NCBI GenBank assembly: GCA_001687465.1
Contig: LVLI01000176.1
Span: forward strand, 1 to 64,000
Origin: Halocafeteria seosinensis
Taxonomy: Eukaryota
Direction: 5' to 3'
DNA length: 64,000 nucleotides
A program made the position numbers and the translations under genes. Position 1 is the first letter of the stretch. Every line of letters begins with the position of its first letter. The notes under the pieces were generated by a model. That model saw only the letters and a list, made by a program, of their open reading frames with translations, made no database searches and was not told the origin of the DNA. Below, piece by piece: positions 11,231-20,784 of the stretch.

Positions 11231-11588
11231 CACAATCACGGCAACAACGATGTCTAGCGTCGAATGGCAGGTGTTGGTGACTCATCACACACTACTCCGT
11301 CTACAGTACAGTATTCTTGTGCATTTTCGAGCACCAACCAATGCCCCGTGAGCAGTGATGTGAAGGTCCCCCCCCCCCCTGGGAAGCCAGGAAAATTGCC
11401 CTGCTGCTGCTGCTCCATCCGGCTACGCTAGGAAGCAGGCCCTTTCTCTTTTAGTTTTTCCCACATCTGTCTCTCAACCCATGTGTACGTGATGAATGGC
11501 AACGCGGGATAGTTAGACCATCCTTGAGCAGTGTTGGGGCCCCATGGAATGGGGCTTCGTACACTGGGTGGCTGTATTGGAGATTGTG
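11231..11588 (+). ncRNA. Candidate RNase MRP/RNase P-like structured RNA (tentative)
   Basis: GAAGGTCCCC (11362), ATAGTTA (11509) and AATGGGGCTT (11548) occur in the expected order, with possible P1/P2/P3 pairings. Against: deviations from consensus, internal T-runs and a competing fold. Confidence 0.3.
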
Positions 11589-11619
11589 CTATTGCCAGAA
11601 TTGTTCGCGTAAGAGCTTA

Positions 11620-14600
11620 TCAACTCTGCTGCAGTCCTTTTAAACTAGGCCCGCTCCGATTGAGTTCCTTGGAAGCTTGGTAAATACACCAAGGGGCCCG
11701 GGCAGCTATCCAGAGGCGCGCAAGAGTCTCTACGTCTTTTCCGCCCTGAAATTGCTTCATAAAGGGTGTTGTTACGGGGGTCAGCATAGACGGCAAATTA
11801 GACACCCGCGAAGTCGTTGATTTCTGAGCTACCTGTTGCAAAAATTCGGCCGCCTCAAATGATCTTGCTGTCGTGTGAGCTTTCAGATAATCGAATCCAA
11901 AATTCCTTATGTTAGCTTTACGTTCCTTAGCTCTCTCAATTTGAACTTGCCGAATTAGCTTACTCTGCTGGCTACTCAGGAGATCCTTGCTGTTGGGATT
12001 CCGGGAATCCGAGCGGTCAGGCATCCAAGAAACTTCATAAGTGCTCTCATACTCCGCATTACCACTGGACTGGCGGTTCATTGCGTCAAAAAATTTAAGT
12101 GAAATTTCATCCATATTATCTAAGGAAGTCTGTAAGCTGCTTTCCAATCGATCTCCACTGATGAATGCATACTCGTAGTTGTGCCCCTGATTCACTTTAG
12201 TTGCTACCTCAACCCCACTCTCAGGTGCGACGATCTCGTCGGTAACTGGTATTTCAGCAGCAGCTTCGAAATGAGGCTGTGCCTCATCAAAAAAGGGAGT
12301 TGTATCAAAACTCTCTTCCTTCATTTGGCTTCGCGACCTAAGCTCCGGGCGCTTCCCTGCTAATATGCTCCGCGAGAGAGGCTGCAGCTGGCGCATGGAT
12401 TGGTCGATGTTTCGGAGTACCTCGATTTCGTGTGACCAGTAGAACTCTCCAAAATACTCTTCATAAACATGTGCTCTGATTGCTCTTATGACTCGACTGT
12501 TGCTTTTCGGAAACCGCGGTTGCTGCGGATGGAGTTCCAATCCCCACAGATACCATTCCACAGGCAAACCGACCTCTCCTAAAGCAGCTGATACTGGCTT
12601 CGTCGATATAGCCTCTGAGTTCTGTGTTGCTTCTAACCTATCGGCGAGTGCTTTCCACTCAGAAATGACCTTCTGCACGGTGTACTGCTGCATTAATGGC
12701 ACCGCAAACCTGATCCAGTTCGCGTAACCTTCAGCTGTTGCCTTGTTCCGGTAGTACCCTAGGACCGGATGTGGAATAGGTTCCCCCAACATGTTGCGAC
12801 GAGTGAATACGAAGCAATTGCCATGCTGGCCAGCGGCTATTTCCGGATGGGAAACATCAGTATGGTCAACGGCCGGGGGGACCGAGCTAGAATGAACGTT
12901 GGCAGCATATGTTGCGGATGGTGATTCAACAGACATTAACAGCGCTTGTGCCTCTGATACCTCACGAGGCATACGATCTATGGACCTTGACCGTTCTCGC
13001 CTGCCATTATCGGAGCTTGCTTCTTTCGGCGTGGCAAGCTGCGGAACTTGATGCCTTTTCCTTTGCCAATGACTCAAGGTGCGGGCAGTTTTAGTCTTCA
13101 GAGCACGGATGGCTTCAGGTTCGCCCTGGTCGGGTTTCTCTTGCTGTTCCCGAGCGTACATCGCCTTTCTCAGTGGCCAAGGCAAGGGCTTCCCCAAACA
13201 CACAACATTATGCATGTCTTCCGTCAAACGGAGCTCATCCCGCAGAAGCCCGAAATTGGCCAATTTAAAGCTATCCATCCACTTTTGAGAGTTTTCTCTT
13301 CTGGCCTTGCTCAAATTGTTTACAAGCACGCTCGCGTTCTTTTCAAGTTTCGAGCTTCTAGTTTCTTCATTCAACTCTCGCAGACAGCGCACGCGATTCG
13401 CAAACTCCTCATCAATGTTAGGGCGTGTAAGTGCCTCTGTGGACGTTGTAGCAGACTGTTCATTGTCGCGCCGAAGTTTTGCCAGAGCTGAAGATAGAGC
13501 ACTCGCCGGATCTTTTCTTCGCTCATTGTGCTCGTGAGAAGAATTGGAACCAGTTTCGTTGATTGGATGGATAGAACCCCAGGGCCACATCCATCCATTA
13601 GGCCTATCTGATTCAAAAGCGGCAAAGCCCCGCCCAATTGTATCTAGGAATTGCGGGTTCGCAGAAGGAAGGCTATCCGCATCATCTTCAGTTAGGGAAA
13701 TACCGGACACACTCCCATTGCGGAGAGCAGCACTATGTGGGGGCTGTAACCTTTTAAAAGTGGGACCACTTGGACGGAATACAAAATTTGCAGAAGATAA
13801 CGAGCGTTCGACAAAGTCTGAGGCTTGTTGAGTGCACTGAGATAGGAAATCTTCCCACCTTGAATCCGACGCTAAGCTCCGGAATTTGTGCCCGACAACT
13901 ACATATTTCGTGTATTCCTTCCTGCCAACGAATACCGCTGGTTGAACCACATATTTTAACAAATATTCAGCTTGATGAGCCAAAACTGAACGATGAGCAT
14001 GCTCGGATCCGTCGAGCTGTTTAGAATCAAACATTTCAAGTTTGCTCGAATCGTCTTGGACGAACTCAAAAGGTGGAAGATTCCCCTCAACCCATTCCTG
14101 CAGACTCTTTACAAAGACCTCCACAGATGTAGCTGCAGAGGAAGGGCGCACTAACGAGGCGCTATTTACTCTGAACTTAACGAAGTCGATGATCTCCGCA
14201 TCCTTCCATAAAAATAGCGGGATTTCTGTTTTATCTAAGCCCTGTGGAAGCAGTCCGCAATAGCCATGATGTAAACCCCACTCCCTTGCCTGTTTAAGGA
14301 TCATCCTGTGTTCAAAATACGTCTCAGAAAACGAAGATATTGGATCAACTCTTAGAGAGTATTCGGGTGATTTTGTTGAAGTGGTGCCTGAGGCTGCTCT
14401 TATTTGGCGAAGCCTGGAAGCGCCATCTCCAGGAGCTTCGACCTCTGGTTGTGAAGAGAATAGGTTTTCAGTTTTTCCCAGCACCGTCTTTATCATATCT
14501 AACTCATTCGTGTGAGAAAGAGTAAATGACGAAGTCATTTGCCTGTTTAATAATTCATTGCGGTCTCGTGGAAAGACGGCGAAGTCTCGATACTTTGGCT

Positions 14601-17148
14601 CAAGGTCTGTACCTCTTGCTGAGGACGAAGCTCCTGGGACTTCGCTGTGAAACAGCTTATATGCTTCCCGAATGTACGCTAATGCAATATACGCTTGCTG
14701 GTTTTTATCGCTTGCCCATAACTCCTCCTCTTTCAACAAGTCAACAAGTTTTCCAAGAGGACCTTCTTCCTCCATCATCTCTTCCTTTTCAAGCAAGTAG
14801 TAAAGCCAGTTAGACCGATCCGAGGATTCGGATTTTTCAGAGTTCATTGCAACTTTCAGTTTGTTAAGCCCTTCCCTCCAAAATCCATCATTGACTGATG
14901 ACAACAAACGGAAAAGACCATCAACGTTGCCATCGTCTATTAGAGAAACTATAACGCTATCCAACACATTATAAGGCATTTGGTGGGAGCCCATCGGTTG
15001 TGAAGCCACTGAAGTACTGTTGGTCCACTCGTAGAGATCCCATACTGCGCTGAACGGAAGTCGATTTTGAACAGCCATTTGTATCAAGTTCTGCTGTTCC
15101 GACATAGCTATAGGAGCAAAAAACGAATCAGCATGCAGGAGGGCTTTTAGCGTAAATCCTTCTTCTGTATTAGCTGAACTTAGACTCTCGTGCATGTGCC
15201 GAACGCGGACATCAATGTCCTTGACCTGCTCCACAACAGTTTTGAGTTGTGTATCGATATCCACTCCACTAAGTTCAGTACTTTCATTGCTTTTCATTCT
15301 TCCAATAACAGTTATATGCGCAGCGAGCATCTCCGATAGAGTTGGGGCCGGGAACAATTGAGTAAGCACCCGGATAGCATTGGGCTGCGTCTCAAGCGAC
15401 TTTAGAGATGGGAATCCGGACCGAGCTTCGCCATCCAACAGCTGGAGAGATCCCTGGATGCCGTCATGTATTATCTTCCACGAAATATGTATTTCGGTCA
15501 GCGATTCACCGCCAGGGACTTTCAGGAGGTCACATGAACGGCACAGATATGACAGTAGTAACCGGGCATCCATTACCTCGGAAGCCTCCGTACTAAGGTT
15601 GGAGCACAGGGCTCGTCCTTTGGAGGCGTCCATTTCAAACGCTTCCATTGCATAATCAAACGTTTTAAAGCAAGTACAGGTACCAAAGAAGTTCCGAAAG
15701 CTCTCTCGGGAGATTTCGTTTCGGTCGAAAAGCGTGCCCAATAGCGGGACGAGGTTTTGGCAAAATGTTCTACTCTTATTCGCGAGTAAGGAATTCTCCC
15801 TGACGCAGTTGAAAACACTTTCCATCAACGGATCGAAGATACCCTCTTCAACGAGATGAGACGACCTATCGAACCTCTGGGAAGAAAATAGCGTCGGAGT
15901 ATCTATGCTACGTGAGGCTAGTCCAAACATCCAAACGGATGGTAGGAGCCCACGTTCATCACAAAGAAGTCGCGAGACAAGTGAAGCCATATATTCACTT
16001 TGCAAGCATTCATACTTAGCATCATGTAGAAAATGGGTTAGCAACTCCTCAACATCAGTCTCGTAATCGGGTGCATCGTGTTGCATGAGTTGTAGAAGTA
16101 TTTCTGCATGGAGGGCTCCTTCGTAGAAGCTTCTAGTCGACATATCAACCAGCTTTGCTTGCTGAAAACGCTGAATCTGCTTTCGCAAATCCGCACTAGA
16201 GCCATTGGTGCATGCGTGTAGCAACTCAACGGATTCGATTTCGTTCTCCAGTGACGCAAGTCTCTTGTCATCATTACTCTGTTTCAGCGATCTTACTAGC
16301 TGTCGAAGAGCTTGCCACAACTCTGTAATACCTAAGCCACTCGATAAGCCTGAAGGGATTAACGATTTCAAATGACGTATGTCTTCTGAGGAACAGTGCA
16401 CCTCCAACGTGTCATTCCCATTTCCCCGCATTATGGGGTATCCCTTGAGCGCATCACATGCTTTATCAGGCAACCCAGCTTTATAAAGCACCACCGCAGA
16501 GTATACCCATGGAATATCACTGTGGCTTATTTCAAGTTCATTCCGCATACTTCCAAGGACATGTGGTAGCTTGGAAAGCTCAGGGGAAGTGGAGTGCTGC
16601 ACGGCAGTCACGTACGCGTAACAAAGATGCCGATCACGCACACCGTCGCGAGGTAACATCTCAGCTAAAGACCAAATACTCTGCACGAGCACCAACCAAT
16701 CAGTAAGTATCAAACTGAAGGAAAAGATATAACCCCCACGTACTTTTGCTACTGTCCACGACGGGGCCTCCCGACTCTTCTGAATAGCTAGCTCCACGAG
16801 TCCACTGAGGCTCGATTCAGGCTCCTTATTTGTTTTGTGCTTTTGTAGATAGCGAAAACAATTGACTGCCACATTGAGATCTTTTTGCTCCCTTATCGCT
16901 TCATCCAATCTTTCTTCGAGTTTCTCCAATGCCTCCTCCTTGCTTCCAGTTCCGGCACAGAACTCACGACGCCAAGGTACACATATCTTCCTGTCCCTTG
17001 CTTGAAACGAAGCGTGCTGGCTTCGCCCACATGTCCATGAGGATCCCACCGAAGCTGTAGAGGGCCTCAAAACTGTGGGCCATGCTGGCCTGCTCCCTCG
17101 TAAGGAAGCTGGGCGATGATATTTGGGAACCAGATACGAAGGCCTCAT
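11620..17148 (-). CDS. Large hypothetical protein, probably mitochondrion-targeted
   Basis: Open frame of ~1840 codons. The first ATG (17148) begins an R/S/P-rich, acid-poor leader. A likely in-frame 63-nt intron lies at 16681-16743. No domain recognised. Confidence 0.75.
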   Translation of the reverse strand: MRPSYLVPKYHRPASLRGSRPAWPTVLRPSTASVGSSWTCGRSQHASFQARDRKICVPWRREFCAGTGSKEEALEKLEERLDEAIREQKDLNVAVNCFRYLQKHKTNKEPESSLSGLVELAIQKSREAPSWTVAKVRGGYIFSFSLILTDWLVLVQSIWSLAEMLPRDGVRDRHLCYAYVTAVQHSTSPELSKLPHVLGSMRNELEISHSDIPWVYSAVVLYKAGLPDKACDALKGYPIMRGNGNDTLEVHCSSEDIRHLKSLIPSGLSSGLGITELWQALRQLVRSLKQSNDDKRLASLENEIESVELLHACTNGSSADLRKQIQRFQQAKLVDMSTRSFYEGALHAEILLQLMQHDAPDYETDVEELLTHFLHDAKYECLQSEYMASLVSRLLCDERGLLPSVWMFGLASRSIDTPTLFSSQRFDRSSHLVEEGIFDPLMESVFNCVRENSLLANKSRTFCQNLVPLLGTLFDRNEISRESFRNFFGTCTCFKTFDYAMEAFEMDASKGRALCSNLSTEASEVMDARLLLSYLCRSCDLLKVPGGESLTEIHISWKIIHDGIQGSLQLLDGEARSGFPSLKSLETQPNAIRVLTQLFPAPTLSEMLAAHITVIGRMKSNESTELSGVDIDTQLKTVVEQVKDIDVRVRHMHESLSSANTEEGFTLKALLHADSFFAPIAMSEQQNLIQMAVQNRLPFSAVWDLYEWTNSTSVASQPMGSHQMPYNVLDSVIVSLIDDGNVDGLFRLLSSVNDGFWREGLNKLKVAMNSEKSESSDRSNWLYYLLEKEEMMEEEGPLGKLVDLLKEEELWASDKNQQAYIALAYIREAYKLFHSEVPGASSSARGTDLEPKYRDFAVFPRDRNELLNRQMTSSFTLSHTNELDMIKTVLGKTENLFSSQPEVEAPGDGASRLRQIRAASGTTSTKSPEYSLRVDPISSFSETYFEHRMILKQAREWGLHHGYCGLLPQGLDKTEIPLFLWKDAEIIDFVKFRVNSASLVRPSSAATSVEVFVKSLQEWVEGNLPPFEFVQDDSSKLEMFDSKQLDGSEHAHRSVLAHQAEYLLKYVVQPAVFVGRKEYTKYVVVGHKFRSLASDSRWEDFLSQCTQQASDFVERSLSSANFVFRPSGPTFKRLQPPHSAALRNGSVSGISLTEDDADSLPSANPQFLDTIGRGFAAFESDRPNGWMWPWGSIHPINETGSNSSHEHNERRKDPASALSSALAKLRRDNEQSATTSTEALTRPNIDEEFANRVRCLRELNEETRSSKLEKNASVLVNNLSKARRENSQKWMDSFKLANFGLLRDELRLTEDMHNVVCLGKPLPWPLRKAMYAREQQEKPDQGEPEAIRALKTKTARTLSHWQRKRHQVPQLATPKEASSDNGRRERSRSIDRMPREVSEAQALLMSVESPSATYAANVHSSSVPPAVDHTDVSHPEIAAGQHGNCFVFTRRNMLGEPIPHPVLGYYRNKATAEGYANWIRFAVPLMQQYTVQKVISEWKALADRLEATQNSEAISTKPVSAALGEVGLPVEWYLWGLELHPQQPRFPKSNSRVIRAIRAHVYEEYFGEFYWSHEIEVLRNIDQSMRQLQPLSRSILAGKRPELRSRSQMKEESFDTTPFFDEAQPHFEAAAEIPVTDEIVAPESGVEVATKVNQGHNYEYAFISGDRLESSLQTSLDNMDEISLKFFDAMNRQSSGNAEYESTYEVSWMPDRSDSRNPNSKDLLSSQQSKLIRQVQIERAKERKANIRNFGFDYLKAHTTARSFEAAEFLQQVAQKSTTSRVSNLPSMLTPVTTPFMKQFQGGKDVETLARLWIAARAPWCIYQASKELNRSGPSLKGLQQS

Positions 17149-18177
17149 TCTGGGACGAGGGTTCTCTCCAATGATAATTTCTCCATGATGATAGACCTCC
17201 CCCAATAGTGTGTAATTCAGATAAGCGAATCAATCTGATACTCCTCGGATAAAGTTGCATAGAGGACACAATACAGCCGTGTCAGCTCGCTCGCAGGACA
17301 TTCACATTCACAGTCTCCTCCAGAATGCGTCACGCGGCGCCGTCATTCAATGACGGTCATTCGGCATTGTGCATACTGATTATGGCATGGGTTGAAAGAA
17401 CGTTTCCATGATATAACAAGAGAGAAGGATGTGATTGTTAATGGTACCTGCATGTCGCTGTCACATTGTGTATTGTAAACCCAAGCATTCGGCATTAACT
17501 AACTCGTTCCCCGCCACCAAACTATTGAGAAGGGTGAGTAGCCTTCAATCAAGAAAAATTGAAACCCTGGTCATAGATACATCTGCTAGAACAATCTCGT
17601 GCTAATAACATGAGTAGCCCGTAGGCCCTCATGAAGTTCTCAACAATGACATGTGTGTTCCACTTGAACCCTTTCGTCTACCCACACAAGTACTGGAGCG
17701 TACACCCCCACATAATGGCCCACGTTACTCGAACGAGCACGTATTTGACTTGTGTTACCTACATAATACAGGGAAAAGAAAAACGCGCCATCCCTACACA
17801 CTTCAAGTTCACATGCGACCCGTCTACCATCAAGCGCCTCAAACTTCCTCAGAAAATACAAGGATTGTGTGCTGTGCACGTCAGGGTATCTCCATACAGT
17901 TTTTTTTCACACATGTATCCGTTTTGGGTGTATGTAGGTAAGACAGCATACCGAGGAGTAAAAGATTGTACGACCGCACTGTGAGCTGAAAAACTGTACT
18001 TCAATTCATCGCAGTCTCTGTATTTGCTGAGGAGTATTCCCCCACAGAGGGAGCCAAGGGGGCTCCACATCTTTGCACCACTTCCCCTCGCTATTGGGCT
18101 GCTTCTTGTACCCCGGGGATTGGAAGAACGGAGCACTGGCTCCTTCCTGGCTAGAACAGTTACACCGCTGCTGAAAA

Positions 18178-19103
18178 ATGCCCACAAATAAGAAGCAGTG
18201 GTGCTTCGTCGCCGGAGATAAAAGGTACGACGAAGTCCGATGCTACAGTGGTTCTCTTATTGGAGGGCTGAAGCAACTATGTTAAGGTTTGTTGATGTCT
18301 GCTTGTTGACTCCCGAACAGGCACACCGTGGAGGTAGAACACAATGTTATCACGGGGAAACAAGTAATCAAACGAAATGGCGAGGTCATTCATTACGTTA
18401 AAGCAAAATATCAGCTAACAGGTATGTTGACTTTCGTGATCTACTGCTAGTTTCCACGTGTATGAAAATACCGTCCTCCGCAGGAGACGTGTCATTCAAG
18501 ATCGAAGAAATGCCAGCGAAACTCTCAATACAAGCTGAGGGTACGTCAGGAGTACAAATGGGTAATAGGAGAGGGTTGCTAGAAAAATATCCTAATGCTG
18601 GTTCTTCGCAGACACTAGCGTCGTTGGAGGGTTCCGGTACCTTCTGCTCCTGAACGGGTCTCTCGTCACCCCGCACGTTCCTTCGCAAAACTTGGAGAAT
18701 TACTATGTCACATGTCTCTACGAGGACGGACGAAAAGAAACAGTAAATGTTCAGTTTGATCATGATACTTTTGACGTTTGGGTCGATGACACTCGGCTTA
18801 ACCCGGATAAAGGTGAAATTGAAGCTGATTTCTTGGAAGTAAGTACGCTATCTTATTCAGCGGATGCGAGTGCATTGCACACGTCGACAGTTGTTAATAC
18901 AGGATGGATGCGAAGGAAGCCTCTACAAGTTTTTTTTACCCAACCAGTGCCCGGCCCACATACAGGTAATACCTTCCAGCGGTAGGAAGGGTAGCAGAGC
19001 TCGTCTTTTTGTGGGCAAGGATTTGCATGAAGTTGCAGCAGGTGATGATAATGGCCAGAAAAATTCCATTGCACCTCCACCATCTTCGGATATCGTTGGA
19101 TAA
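18178..19103 (+). CDS. FAIM (Fas apoptotic inhibitory molecule)-like protein, 5 exons
   Basis: Spliced: MPTNKKQWCFVAGDKR|HTVEVEHNVITGKQVIKRNGEVIHYVKAKYQLTG|DVSFKIEEMPAKLSIQAE|DTSVVGGFRYLLLLNGS...VQFDHDTFDVWVD...EADFLE|DGCEGSLYKF...IQVIPSSGRKG. This parallels both FAIM1 beta-sandwich domains. Confidence 0.7.
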
Positions 19104-19299
19104 TAAGGCTTTCCACTTAGTAGATAACTACCGTCACACACCTTGATTGGTCAAAAGCTGCTACGCTGATGAGTTGTGAGTTGCAACTGTTACACTTCCC
19201 CGACTCGAGCTGCTAGAGTGTTTAGAAGTGTGAGAATTGTAAGAGTGGAGATGAGACCAATCCTAGTTGATAGTTTTTCTTAAAGAGCCAAACCGGACA

Positions 19300-20531
19300 A
19301 TGACAAGTAGAACCGTCGCTAATAATGATGCTGAATTAGACAATAATAATGATAATAATGGTCCAAATAAATTCGATGCAAAGTACTTTGGATATCAACC
19401 GCCACAGCTGCTCCTCCGTCAACTGCAGTCCATTGAATCACAGCTGTTTACAGCATTCCAGCACTGTTCCATCGAGAGCAAGTCTAGATATACGGATAAT
19501 GTAGAGGATGGAGAGCACCCTCACGCGCCTAGAATCAACCTAGGTAAGCTCCATGTGGCTCTAATATTGGCCAGAAGGCTCGTCCCAGAGCATGGAGCGA
19601 TACTTCAAAGAGCGAAATGGTCCCTGGTAGTGGACCAGCAGAGGCAGAGTAGGGGCGATATGGACAATCACGTCATTGAGAAATATGGAGAAGATATAAG
19701 GAAGCATGAAGTGAACCAGGAGAGACTGAAAACCCTGCTGGCGAATGGTCAGCAGGTGTATGAGCAGAAGGAAAAGGAGACCAAAGAATTACAGAAGCGC
19801 ATCGATAAGGCACAAAGGGAACAACAGGAGGAAGAAGAGGAGGATAGAGGAACAGAGCAAAGTGAAGAAGGCGAAGCCCACACCACTTCAGCGGAGGAAT
19901 CCGGTCCGGCAACGGAAGACAGCTCGACACAGCGTGGGCACATTGAGGAGGACGATGATCAAGGCATTCATGAACTTTCTCATCAAAAGCGAGTCTCATC
20001 GTCACTACAGAGAACTCGAGACCTTATGTCTCAAGAAATGGAACGGATGTCATCATTGGCGAGTGTACTTGGTAAGCTTCATAGACCAACCAATTATGAG
20101 CGTATTCCAACTATATGGTTGATGTCTGCAGACGAAACGGGGCAATACCTAAGTGGAACCGTGGAAGAGCACACGGCATTTGGCGCCGACACCTCTGAAT
20201 CCCAGCAAGTTCTACGGCGATTACGCGTAAGTGTCTCCCTCGATGATGAGTGGCTACGGAAATTCACTGTTTCCATGATACCGATTGGTGCCGACAGAGA
20301 GAAAACATGATCGATAAAGCAGTGATCGGATTCGGCATGGCGATATTCTTTTCGACAGTACTTTATATATGGTACAAGCGTTTCAGCTGGATATATGGCT
20401 GGATCGTCCTTTTGTTCGATTATGTGATTTACTTGTTACGCTTGCTGCTTATGTACACACCATTAGATGGTCTGAATGGCGAGCCCCATGACCCCCAGGG
20501 CGTGTTATCCTCTCAAGAAGCCTCTTCGTAG
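19300..20531 (+). CDS. SEC20: Sec20/BNIP1-like ER SNARE
   Basis: SSLQRTRDLMSQEMERM...L SNARE-like coil followed, after introns, by the TM segment DKAVIGFGMAIFFSTVLYIWYKRF typical of Sec20. Confidence 0.75.
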
Positions 20532-20784
20532 TTCCAGCTTTGGAGAAGACGCCTATGAGATTGTTGCAGACTTGCGACCCCGTATTCCAACTTCCGAAAT
20601 AAAATCAATTCCCAAAGCGGTCACATTGACTGTATTGGTCAATGCTTCCCGAACATTCTCAAATAAGTTAACCCGGGAGGCTTACCCTAGCCACTTGCAT
20701 GTTTAGAATTCACTGAGCCAAACACGTTTGAACCACGCCTGCAACTGTCTCCCGAAGAAAAAAAAAAGTCCACATGTCATGCAT

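Noticed and set aside
11478..11568. Box C/D snoRNA (terminal stem followed by TGATGA) or Helitron 3' end
   Set aside because: No CTGA box D next to the 3' stem. The hairpin + CTGG is not followed by T and no Helitron 5' end is identifiable.
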